A stretch of DNA of 63,233 bases, the filler included, from Octopus bimaculoides (lineage: Eukaryota): the NCBI RefSeq assembly GCF_001194135.2. It is 9 parts of 7 records of this genome, joined end to end, with 100 filler letters (N's around TTAATTAATTAA, not from the genome) between each part and the next. Parts side by side here need not be neighbours in the genome. Positions count along the whole stretch, not along the records: positions 22,831 to 28,225 come from NC_068991.1; positions 28,326 to 35,138 come from NC_068995.1; positions 35,239 to 43,879 come from NC_068993.1; 6 more parts are not named here. The stretch is one strand, 5' to 3'. Below the pieces are notes generated by a model that saw only the letters and a list, made by a program, of their open reading frames with translations, did no database searches and was not told the origin of the DNA. Shown here piece by piece: positions 24,968 through 36,260 of this stretch (its first letter is position 1; every line of letters starts with the position of its first letter). A program made the position numbers and the translations under genes.

Positions 24968-25087
24968 TGTAAGTTATACTACACTTTTAAAAAGTTTTTC
25001 GTGAAAAAGTATCTGTTGTAAACACTTGAGCTTTCGTCCAGCTGTCTCAGAAAGTGACAATTAAAAAAATATGGAAGTTCTGCTTAC

Positions 25088-25131
25088 AGCAAGGACACCA
25101 GACAACATATAACAAGTCTGACATTTTTCAT
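25088..25131 (-). CDS. Putative first coding exon (signal peptide start) of the adhesion GPCR; whole exon 25088-25211 includes 5' UTR
   Basis: Acceptor ttcttttag| at 25212, strong donor GCT|gtaagc at 25087; ATG at 25131 gives MKNVRLVICCLVSL(L), a basic n-region plus hydrophobic h-region; same strand and upstream of the HormR exon. Confidence 0.5.
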
Positions 25132-27449
25132 GACAAAAATAATGACAATGGTGTGGTTAATTATCGAGATAGCAATACCAGATGACTATAATGATGTGTG
25201 GAGCTGAGCAGCTAAAAGAAATCACAGTGATTTCAACTGTTGAATTAGTAAGTGACAGATAATAAATGTGTCTATTATATCATTTATAACTGGTATAGAC
25301 TGGAAAAATTACACAACCACTTGGTGTAAAGACATTGACAAATTGCTGATAAGGAGAGATAGACGTAGACACGTTCCAGGATGTAACAATACTAGGAAAC
25401 TAATAAACATTGTTAAGACATTGACACAAACGGTATTTGTTAAAATAAGTGAGGAGGAAGAGAGTAAAGTGATTAAATTGACTGTATTGCTTGACTTGAT
25501 TGGTATTTTGTTTATCGATACGCAAAAGGAGTGAAAAGTAAAGTCGACCTTGGTGGGATTTGAACTCGGAACGTAAAGAGCATTTTGTCCAGCGTGCTCC
25601 CGATTCTACCGACTCGTCGTCTTTGTTTTCAAATGTTGGCACAAGTCCAGCAGTTTTGAAGGGAGGAGTTTAGTCGGCTACATCGAGCCCTAATATTTGA
25701 CTGGTACATTATTTCATAGATCCCAAAAAGATGAAAAAGCGCCGTTGACGTCAGGGGGATTTGAACTCAGTGCATAAGGGGCCGCAAGAAATACTGTAAG
25801 ACATTTTTCTCGACGTTCTAACAACTCTGTCAGTCTGTTTCCCGATCAGTAACCATAATAATCCTTTCTGCTATAGGCACAAGGCCTGAAATTTGTGGGG
25901 AGAAGACTAGTCGATTACATCGACCCCAGTTTTTCACTGGTACTTAATTTATCAACACTGAAAGGACAAAAAGCAAAGTCGAATTTGAACTCAGAACGTA
26001 AAGGTAGACGGAAATGCCGCAGAGCTGTTTGCCCGGCGTGCTAACGATTCTTATTTCTTTATTGCCCACGAGGGGACAAACAAGGACAGGTAAAGGGATT
26101 AAGTCGATTATATCGACCTCAGTGCGTAACTGGCACTTAATTTATCGACCCCGAAAGGATGAGAAGCAAAGTCTACCTTGGCGGAATTTGAACTCAGAAC
26201 GTAACGGCAGACGAAATACCGCTAAGTGTCTTCTACTATAGCCTCGGGTTGACCAAAGCCTTGTGAGAAGCCCGTCGTATATATGTATATATATATATAT
26301 GTGTGTGTGTATATGTTTGTGTGTCTGTGTTTGTCCCCTTACCATCGCTTGACAGCCGATGCTGGTGTGTTTACGCCTCCATAACTTAGCGGTTCGGCAA
26401 AGAGACCGATAGAATAAGTACTAGGCTTCTAGCGAATAAGTCCTGGGGTCGATTTTCTCGACTAAAGGCGGTGCTCCAGCATGGCCGCAGTCAAATGACT
26501 GAAACAAGTAAAAGAGTGAAAAGAGAGTAAAGAGTACAATGCAAAGAACCAAGAGAAAATTTGCTAAACATTTTGCCCGGCAGGATAACGATTCGGCCAG
26601 CTCGTCGTTTTAAATTTTGGCACAAGGCCAGTAATTTTAGCCGGGGGGGGGGGGGTAGTTTACCACTTATGTCGACCCTAATATTTGACTTGTACTTTAT
26701 TTTATGAGGGATGACTGTTGAAGCTGACCTTGCCGAATTTTATACCCGAACGTATCTTTTTCACGTAGTTTATTTTTCAATAAATCCGTACGTATAAACA
26801 ATACAGACATATTTAGGCTTTATTTAGCCTCACTTACTGGAATATCAACGAACAAATCACAAAGTCATTTGAACATGCTAGAACTTGCCAGAAAAGGAAA
26901 ATAAAAATGACATTACTCATCGACTTTTTCCTTTCTTCTCTCGCTTTATATTTAATCATTTCAATGTTCGTTGATTTAAAAATGTTTTTGCCAACAAAAC
27001 TATGATTTATCTTCTAAAAAAAACAAAATGGTGTCTCAGAATTATTCACTGTTTGAGCAAGTTAAACACTTGGTTTGTTATGGCCAGATCTATTCATCAA
27101 ATTCATTCTATGTGGGCAGTAAGTTTACCAGTCCTCATCAGGTCATGTCTACAGGATGCATTCAATTCAACTTGTTGTATGTGACTTCAGTAGTTGCAGT
27201 TTAGAATTTTTAATCCCCATTTTTTTATGTTCAAGATAGGAAAGAAACAAATGCTTCCCAGGCCTTAATTGATATATTCAATCACGATATGATACCCTCT
27301 ATAAGTGAAGGCGTATGGTTCAGTGTTTAAAGCGTCGATCGTGAGGTTGTGAGTTCGATCGCAAGACCGGGCTGCGTGTTGTGTTCTCACAGTAAAGTAA
27401 ATAAAACTAGCAATTGTATAACGTCTGAAAAATGCGCAAAATGACAAAC

Positions 27450-27825
27450 AGAGAATATGAAAGAAGATATGATAAGAATAGAGTTAAAAGACATAGACTA
27501 GTTGGTTGGAAAGAAGATACGACCTGCAGAATGTTAATGACTAGGCTTGGTTATGACACATTGGAAAGTTATGAAGAAAATAGAATCAAAGTTTGGCTAA
27601 AGACATAGTGGAAGGTTACAAAGAAATTATGACCAGGATAGTGTTAAAAGCATACTGCTAGATTAGAGAGAAGATATGAAAGATATGACTAGGCTTGGTT
27701 AGGAAGAAGATAGAACCAAAGTTTGGTTAAAGGCACATAGGATAGTCATTAAGAAGATACGACCAAGATAATGTCAAGGACATGCTTACAGGATAGAGAG
27801 AACATATGCCTAGTCTTAGTTGTGA
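27450..27825. repeat. Scrambled modular minisatellite
   Basis: Reiterated modules GACTAGGCTTGGTTA (x2), GAAGATACGACC (x2), ATAGAA(T/C)CAAAGTTTGG(C/T)TAAAG (x2), GAAGATATGA (x3) in changing order. Confidence 0.7.
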
Positions 27826-27989
27826 AGTCGCGCGGCTTAGCGGTTATGTGTATTAGACTCACGATCGTAAAGACATGAGTTCGAATCCCGTGGTGCGTTG
27901 TGTCCCTGAGCAAGACACTTTCTTTCACCATGATCCAAGGGAAGTATGTGAATGTTTGTATGTGTGATTATTATGTACCTTATTTTGTA

Positions 27990-28191
27990 CCTCTTTTACT
28001 TGTTTCAGTCATTTGACTGCGGCCATGCTGGAGCACCGCCTTTAGTCGAGCAAGTCGACCCCAGGATTTATTCTTTAGAAGCCTAGTACTTATTCTATCG
28101 GTCTCTTATGCCGAACCGCTAAGTTACGGTGACGTAAACACACCAGCATCGGTTGTCAAGTGATGTTGGAGGGACAAACACAGACACACAA

Positions 28192-28225
<34 letters not shown>
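27990..28225. mobile_element. Composite SINE tail module ending in (CA)n
   Basis: Matches 7095-7297, 23555-23700, 26330-26530, 35915-36115. Confidence 0.85.
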
Positions 28226-28344
28226 NNNNNNNNNNNNNNNNNNNNNNNNNNNNNNNNNNNNNNNNNNNNTTAATTAATTAANNNNNNNNNNNNNNNNNNN
28301 NNNNNNNNNNNNNNNNNNNNNNNNNCACCACCACTACCACCACT

Positions 28345-28386
<42 letters not shown>

Positions 28387-28499
28387 TATATACATGTATA
28401 TATGTATATACTTCCCCACACACATACATCAACATATTGATCCGTGATAGAAAATTCAACAAAAAAGTACTCCATCTGGTGAGAGATAAATATTCTTTA

Positions 28500-29240
28500 T
28501 TTAACAGTCACAATACATGTATTAAAACACTACTAATAGTTTCATATATTGAGAAAATTCAAACATATTCTTCAGGCGCAAATCACATATCATAAAGAAC
28601 TAAAGAAATTGAATAATAGAAGAAACGCAAAAAAACTGAGAAGGCAACATATAGAAAACGTAGACACTTAACAACGGAAAATGGAAAACGAAAAACAGAA
28701 ACTACAATGTAAAAAATAAAAAATAAAATGGTAAAAGAGCTATCCTTCTTAGACCTTAAAAGATAAGGCTGGAAAAAAAATGTCAGTTGGGAATAGACAG
28801 AATTTTCCAATTCTTCAAAATGTATTTAAACATATACATGCAACCACTGAAAATTTCTGACCTGGCGTTCAATAGAAAGTTAGGGATCTTAGATCTGAAC
28901 ATGATCTGCATTCTTTCAGCCAAACATAGTCTGCATTTATTCGATCCATTCACATAAGGTATGGATTTCTCAATTACTTTCCATTTAATCAATTGCGGTG
29001 TTTCGTTATCTTTCAAAGTCCATATGTAGTTAGAAAACTTAGTAGCTTTACTTAATAAACTTAATTAAAGTGACTAGACGCAATTTAATACCAAAAAGGA
29101 AATAATTCACCGTCACTAAAAATAACCAAGGGTGCACGTACTCTTTAGCTAAAGAGACCAAGGGTGCAGGAACTCTTTAGCTAAATAGTCTTTGACTCTT
29201 ATTTCTAGCAATGCTGGTGCTCCCTGCGCCCTTGGACACT
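28500..29240 (-). mobile_element. 3' fragment of a second Naiad-type Penelope-like element (GIY-YIG C-terminus plus 3' repeat region)
   Basis: FSNYIWTLKDNETPQLIKWKVIEKSIPYVNGSNKCRLCLAER..LLNARSEIFSGC aligns motif by motif with the element at 9200-9400. Confidence 0.8.
28527..28579 (-). ncRNA. Type I hammerhead ribozyme motif downstream of the PLE endonuclease
   Basis: - strand: GCGC-CTGAAGA-ATAT(..)ATAT-GAAA-CTATTAG-TA-GTGT; stem I has two G-U pairs, stem II closes with A-U, stem III is palindromic; triplet GUA. Confidence 0.65.
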
Positions 29241-29919
29241 TCTATATATATATATATATATATATATNNNNNNNNNNNNNNNNNNNNNNNNNNNNNNNNN
29301 NNNNNNNNNNNNNNNNNNNNNNNNNNNNNNNNNNNNNNNNNNNNNNNNNNNNNNNNNNNNNNNNNNNNNNNNNNNNNNNNNNNNNNNNNNNNNNNNNNNN
29401 NNNNNNNNNNNNNNNNNNNNNNNNNNNNNNNNNNNNNNNNNNNNNNNNNNNNNNNNNNNNNNNNNNNNNNNNNNNNNNNNNNNNNNNNNNNNNNNNNNNN
29501 NNNNNNNNNNNNNNNNNNNNNNNNNNNNNNNNNNNNNNNNNNNNNNNNNNNNNNNNNNNNNNNNNNNNNNNNNNNNNNNNNNNNNNNNNNNNNNNNNNNN
29601 NNNNNNNNNNNNNNNNNNNNNNNNNNNNNNNNNNNNNNNNNNNNNNNNNNNNNNNNNNNNNNNNNNNNNNNNNNNNNNNNNNNNNNNNNNNNNNNNNNNN
29701 NNNNNNNNNNNNNNNNNNNNNNNNNNNNNNNNNNNNNNNNNNNNNNNNNNNNNNNNNNNNNNNNNNNNNNNNNNNNNNNNNNNNNNNNNNNNNNNNNNNN
29801 NNNNNNNNNNNNNNNNNNNNNNNNNNNNNNNNNNNNNNNNNNNNNNNNNNNNNNNNNNNNNNNNNNNNNNNNNNNNNNNNNNNNNNNNNNNNNNNNNNNN
29901 NNNNNNNNNNNNNNNNNNN

Positions 29920-29956
<37 letters not shown>

Positions 29957-30598
29957 TATACACACACATATATATACACACGCACACGCACACACATATT
30001 ATACACACATATGTATGTGTATGTGTGTGTATGCATGTATGTATAAATGCAGGTATGATTATGGATGGAGGTATTGCTGTGAGGTTAAGATGCCTGCTTT
30101 GCAACCACGTGGTTTCGAGTCCAGTCTCACTGCACGGCACCTTGGACTAGTTTCTTCCCTGTGTCGGACAACAGCTAATGTGCGAATTTTGTAGACAAAA
30201 CTGTGTGGAAATCTGTCGTGTGTGTGTGTGTGTGTGTGTATAAAGAAGTATAAAATAATGACTCAGAGAGTCGTGTGGCTATTACAGTAGGCTCCTCTTT
30301 TGAAATCAGTTATCAGTCACAATGTAATATAATGTAATATGTCCTGTAAGTAAAAATCTAGAGAATCCGAGCAATAAATTATACATTGAAGAATACATAA
30401 ACCGTAAAGTCTGGAGGTATGAGAGGTGAAAATAGATTTCGTATGACTTCGAGACGTTTACAGCTGTTTTGTTACTTTCTTCATGAATTCGGGATGATTT
30501 GTGCAACTAAAACCCTTCGATGCAGTGTTGCATCATGACCGCCATCCAATGACTGAAGTAAGTAAAAAATAAAAGATAAAAGACAGATATATCTACAT

Positions 30599-31624
30599 AT
30601 ACAGAGTATACAAAGAAAATGTACACACACATAAAATGATTATAAAATCAGTGTTAAAATACGTTTCATTTTCAAAATTCAGTTTCCAAATTGATGACTA
30701 TTGTGGCCCAGCCACTGCTGATTATGCAAGTATCATGAAACATTTCGTTCTTGGCTGCCTTCAATTTGTCGACTGTTGCTGGTTTTATGCCATAAACATT
30801 ATCTTTTACGTATCCCCGTAACAAAAATGTTTAGTGGCGTGATGTCCAGTAAAAGCAACTAGCTTTCTACTGAACCCCTTCGTCCAATCTCTCAGCTCAA
30901 TAAGATCTCAAGATAGATTATTATGACTGTGTAAGGGCTTCCCATCATGTCTTGCTGGAAATAAAATCCTATGTCAAAGTCCTCGTGAATGCTTGGTATG
31001 ACAGATTGTAGCAAGTTCGAGTAAATGGGACCGTAAAAATAGGTTCAATTAATCCTATATTTAGTGTGTTAGCATGATATTTCTCCGTAATATGCGGATT
31101 CTCAGATCTCCAATAGATGCAGCTGTGGCGGTTAATCGAGCCATTTAATATAAATGTAGCCAAGTCATTCTGTTTTAGAAAGTATGCATCTTCTACACAT
31201 CTTGTCAAGTACACTCACAAAAATTTCACTCTTCAGTCCGAATCATTTTCATTGAAAGCATGGAATATTCTTGGAATGTAATTTTTACAATGACAGCACT
31301 TCAAAATGCAGGACGATTGATTTTGAGATCCTATCTCACGACCTGCTTGCCGCGCAGATTTTGTTTCTAGTTTTATTTCATGTTTTGTGGGGCTGTGAAC
31401 ATTCTGAACAGCTGCTTCAGATCTATCCCTAATTCAAGTGATGGTAATTCACGAAGGTAGATCTTTTTAAACTATCTCTGTACTTCGACTGCCCTCTCAA
31501 ACTTCCAGTACCACTTTGGGACAAATTTCCTTTGCTCGAAACATTCTGGCATAAATCTACAAAGAAATTACAATTCAGTTATCATCTGTTGAAATGACTA
31601 TACCGTATATGCGGAGACACTGTA
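30599..31624 (-). mobile_element. Degenerate, near full-length Tc1/mariner element
   Basis: Starts MPECFEQRKFVPKWYWKFERAVEVQR* (ATG at 31552); HSCIYWRSENPH; FLLRGYVKDNVYGIKPATVDKLKAA near the 3' end; both ends begin TACAG. Confidence 0.75.
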
Positions 31625-32295
31625 TGCATATATACACAGACACACATTATCATCTACTTACACCTATATATAGACATATGTACAAAAACATCCCAAATAT
31701 ATATCTACACACGCAAATGCAGGAACAATAATCATCCAAATATTTTTAATTAAGTATACACTTTGATTTATACAGTCACTTACGTACATGCACACATACA
31801 CAACATACGCGTGCGTGCACACACACATTTATATATATATATATATATATATATATNNNNNNNNNNNNNNNNNNNNNNNNNNNNNNNNNNNNNNNNNNNN
31901 NNNNNNNNNNNNNNNNNNNNNNNNNNNNNNNNNNNNNNNNNNNNNNNNNNNNNNNNNNNNNNNNNNNNNNNNNNNNNNNNNNNNNNNNNNNNNNNNNNNN
32001 NNNNNNNNNNNNNNNNNNNNNNNNNNNNNNNNNNNNNNNNNNNNNNNNNNNNNNNNNNNNNNNNNNNNNNNNNNNNNNNNNNNNNNNNNNNNNNNNNNNN
32101 NNNNNNNNNNNNNNNNNNNNNNNNNNNNNNNNNNNNNNNNNNNNNNNNNNNNNNNNNNNNNNNNNNNNNNNNNNNNNNNNNNNNNNNNNNNNNNNNNNNN
32201 NNNNNNNNNNNNNNNNNNNNNNNNNNNNNNNNNNNNNNNNNNNNNNNNNNNNNNNNNNNNNNNNNNNNNNNNNNNNNNNNNNNNNNNNNNNNNNN

Positions 32296-32338
<43 letters not shown>

Positions 32339-32389
32339 TAGATATATACAACCTAAATACACACACATACATACACACATACATATGCA

Positions 32390-32457
<68 letters not shown>

Positions 32458-32749
32458 CATGTACAGGACCAAATAACAATTCATATATTGCTTCCCGTGT
32501 AAGCGTGTAAGCCAATCGCTTTTCGCAACTAGCTGAGCAGTCACACTAGCCACATTCAATGAATAGATATTCCTACTATGGAATATTATGCAAGTATTGT
32601 AACTTTGTTGGTACATTAAATACTTTTATTAAAGCATTAGATTAATCAAACGTATCAAATGAATTCAAAGGTTTGTTACTGTCATTTTTATTTATTTTTA
32701 CTAAGCATTACATTTTTACTTAACTATTTTTACTTAACATTATAGATGC

Positions 32750-33640
32750 AAGGGACTATTATTCAGTTTTCCTATTAAGCGGTTGTAATGTACCGGTTAT
32801 TATTTTGAGGTATTCCAGTGTACATAATTTAAACTCATGCCTATTCCCTTAAAGTCGGATGCAGATACTATCTTCTTTAATGTTGAAGACCAGAATATTC
32901 ATTAATGTTTTATGTTTAAAGTTATACTTAAGTGTAGAAATTGTGTTTTCAAGTTAGCAGCTGAGACGATTGTTTTTCCTACAACCACTATTAGGTGACA
33001 TTACACTAAAATACAATATTGCTTATTTAGCAATTACTTTTAAGTAGGTGTTTATGGCTATTCTACAGTTACAATTTATTGCATTCCGTATTTGAAAACT
33101 GCGAGGAAAAACTAGGATTTTATCTTGTGTAGCATTTTTTTTTTTTTTTTGCTTTTCAGTTGCTGTAGAAAAAATTATTGTTATTGATATAAGCATCTTT
33201 CTCCTAATTTTACCAGTTTTATCGGAGTGATTACCTGCATTAATAGAAGCAGTATTTTCTCAGCTTCAAGGAGAGATCTACTTACATTCCTATTGAGTTT
33301 GTATTGTTAGCATGGTGTTAGTATCTTGTATAGCTTTAGTACTTTTCTGAAGGAGGGAAAGAGTTCCTGTCAGTATTTTTATAGCTTTCATTCCTTTCAG
33401 AATACATATCATGTCATTGAGTTGTAATATTTCTATTCAATGTCATACAGAAGTGATTATTCCTATAAGAATGTTAGCTATACTTCAAAGGTTGGCGTAA
33501 TTACTGGTGTAGTGGTAATTTGGGAAATATATAGTAATTTTATAATTTATCGTGTGCATGGGGAACAGTTATAATCACAACAATGACGTATTACAACAAC
33601 CATTAGCGTATTCACTTCCGATTCAACCGGAAAGTATTAA
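32750..33640 (-). mobile_element. Highly decayed Penelope-like remnant (RT thumb and GIY-YIG-like traces)
   Basis: Fragments YKNTDRNSFPPSEKY..HHANNT and NIVYFSVMSPNSGC...LCTLEYLKII..LQPLN resemble PLE motifs; many stops. Confidence 0.35.
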
Positions 33641-33657
33641 CAGTGAGTGTGGATGAC

Positions 33658-33696
<39 letters not shown>

Positions 33697-34078
33697 NNNN
33701 NNNNNNNNNNNNNNNNNNNNNNNNNNNNNNNNNNNNNNNNNNNNNNNNNNNNNNNNNNNNNNNNNNNNNNNNNNNNNNNNNNNNNNNNNNNNNNNNNNNN
33801 NNNNNNNNNNNNNNNNNNNNNNNNNNNNNNNNNNNNNNNNNNNNNNNNNNNNNNNNNNNNNNNNNNNNNNNNNNNNNNNNNNNNNNNNNNNNNNNNNNNN
33901 NNNNNNNNNNNNNNNNNNNNNNNNNNNNNNNNNNNNNNNNNNNNNNNNNNNNNNNNNNNNNNNNNNNNNNNNNNNNNNNNNNNNNNNNNNNNNNNNNNNN
34001 NNNNNNNNNNNNNNNNNNNNNNNNNNNNNNNNNNNNNNNNNNNNNNNNNNNNNNNNNNNNNNNNNNNNNNNNNNNNNN

Positions 34079-34259
34079 ATTACAACCTGTGTGATCCATA
34101 GGGATCTTTGATATTAAAATTGTAACCTTCTCATCAGGGAAAGCATGGGAATCATCTTAAACCTAAAACACTTACGTTTAAGATGATTCCCATGCTTTCC
34201 CTGATGAGAAGGTTACCATTTTAATATCAAAGATCCCTATGGATCACACAGGTTGTAAT
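34079..34259. repeat. Near-perfect inverted repeat (84-bp arms, one mismatch, 13-nt loop)
   Basis: Left arm 34079-34162, loop CTAAAACACTTAC, right arm 34176-34259; checked base by base. Confidence 0.95.
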
Positions 34260-34537
34260 CCTTTGAAACATATGTAGGAATAAAGTATGCAATTATAACA
34301 TGCGTTTTCTCCAATCCTTAAATTCTTAAATATATATATATATGTATATATATGTGTGTGTGTGTATGTACATACATACATACATATGCACATATATACG
34401 TGTGTAAAAGGTCGAATGTCGATTCTTCCTTTAATTGGAGTGGTTCCAAAAAGATTTCTAACGTTGATTCTTCATATTTTGCTGAAAGTTTACTGGTGTA
34501 AATTGGCGAAGATATGAAAAGTAGTATTAGTATATTA

Positions 34538-35110
34538 AGTATATGATTAATTCATAGAACGAAGTTCTACAAATCCAATCATATTTGTCAAATATGGAGG
34601 AGATAATATATTAAAAAGTTGTAAAAAGTTTATTCATGCATAAAATTGTGTGGTACATGGAAATAAATTTATTTTAGAATTTTGCAAATATCATAATACT
34701 CATCAGTGCAGAGAAAAAAATAATAGGAACTTAAAAAAAACAGCAGAGAAGTTGGATTCATGAGTTTCATGTTTATCTGTTCCTATCAGTGTGTGATAGT
34801 GATGGGAATCATGTCAATTATTAAACCACAATAATTGACATGATTCACATCACTATCACACTGATAGGAACAAATAAACACGAAACTCATAGATTCAACT
34901 TCTCTGCTCTTTTTTAAAGTTCCTATTATTTTTTCTCTGCACTGATGAGTACTAAGATATTTGCAAAATTCTAAAATGAATTTATATCTATGTACGAAAC
35001 GATTGTATGCATGAATAAAATTCTTACCACTTTTTACCATCTTATCTCCTCCATTTTTGACAAATATGATTGGATTTGTAGAACTTCATTCCATAAATTA
35101 ATCATGCACT
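34538..35110. repeat. Long imperfect palindrome (~280-bp arms) centred near 34825
   Basis: GAAGTTCTACAAATCCAATCATATTTGTCAAA / TTTGACAAATATGATTGGATTTGTAGAACTTC; TACTCATCAGTGCAGAGAAAAAA / TTTTTCTCTGCACTGATGAGTA; CATGTCAATTATT / AATAATTGACATG. Confidence 0.92.
34938..35011 (+). ncRNA. Intact type I hammerhead ribozyme motif
   Basis: TGCA-CTGATGA-GTAC(long loop)GTAC-GAAA-CGATTG-TA-TGCA: all core nucleotides present, stems I and II perfect, G10.1-C11.1 closing pair, GUA cleavage triplet. Confidence 0.85.
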
Positions 35111-35258
35111 TATTATATATATATATATATATATATATNNNNNNNNNNNNNNNNNNNNNNNNNNNNNNNNNNNNNNNNNNNNTTAATTAATTAANNNNNN
35201 NNNNNNNNNNNNNNNNNNNNNNNNNNNNNNNNNNNNNNATATATATAGATATATATAT

Positions 35259-35351
<93 letters not shown>

Positions 35352-35486
35352 CACACATATATATACATATCGTAGTTACCTACCTGGAACATTACATTTG
35401 TCTTTGAGGGCATCGGAATCGAAGAGTTCATAACGAAGATATTACAAAAGAAAGCAATATTTCGGATAAGGCAAGAAAACCAACAT

Positions 35487-35524
<38 letters not shown>

Positions 35525-36122
35525 TTCGCGAAATCGAAAATGCAAAACATTTTGCAATCATTAGCTATGGAATTTGCTGTGACGGACCAGGCGGGTATCT
35601 GCTTCATCAATACATGAATACACATTTTCACACACGCGCGCGCACACACACACACCCTCTCATACACACATACACACCATTACTAACGCACACACATACA
35701 TATACACCTCGGAGTTTCCCAGCAAACTCTGAATTTCCCAACAACTAAGTTTTTTTCGTGTATAGATGAATATGTACATACATGCATATATACGTATTTC
35801 CCATATGTATACATATATAACTGTAGCATAGATATATGTGTGTGTGAGTGCGTGTGCACGTATGTACAAATATGTATATATTATATACTATATATACAGC
35901 CATTTTTTAAAATTGCTTCAGTTATTTTATTGCGGCAATGTTGGAGCACCACCTTTAGTCAAACAAATCAACTCCAGTGCATATTCTTTGTAACCCTCGT
36001 ACTTATTCAATCAGTCAATTTTGCCGAACCGCAAGAATACTGGGACGTAAACACGCCAATATCGGTTGTAAAGCGATGGTGGGGGACAAACACAGACACA
36101 CAAATATGAACATACATATATC

Positions 36123-36175
<53 letters not shown>

Positions 36176-36178
36176 TTT

Positions 36179-36259
<81 letters not shown>

Positions 36260-36260
<1 letters not shown>

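Larger units (their letters stand above)
23555..26760. mobile_element. Dense nested SINE cluster (roughly 11 copies of three families) surrounding one GPCR exon
   Basis: Repeated GTCGACCTCGGCGGAATTTGAACTCAGAACG and TTAATTTATCGACCCCGAAAGGATGA modules at ~23700-23972, 24075-24270, 24405-24552, 25510-25830, 25865-26225, 26565-26750; composite SINE at 23555-23700 and 26225-26530. Confidence 0.85.

Noticed and set aside
27110-27145. CTGATGAG on the - strand; similar isolated half-cores at ~2622 and ~59601
   Set aside because: No paired stem II with a correctly placed GAAA.
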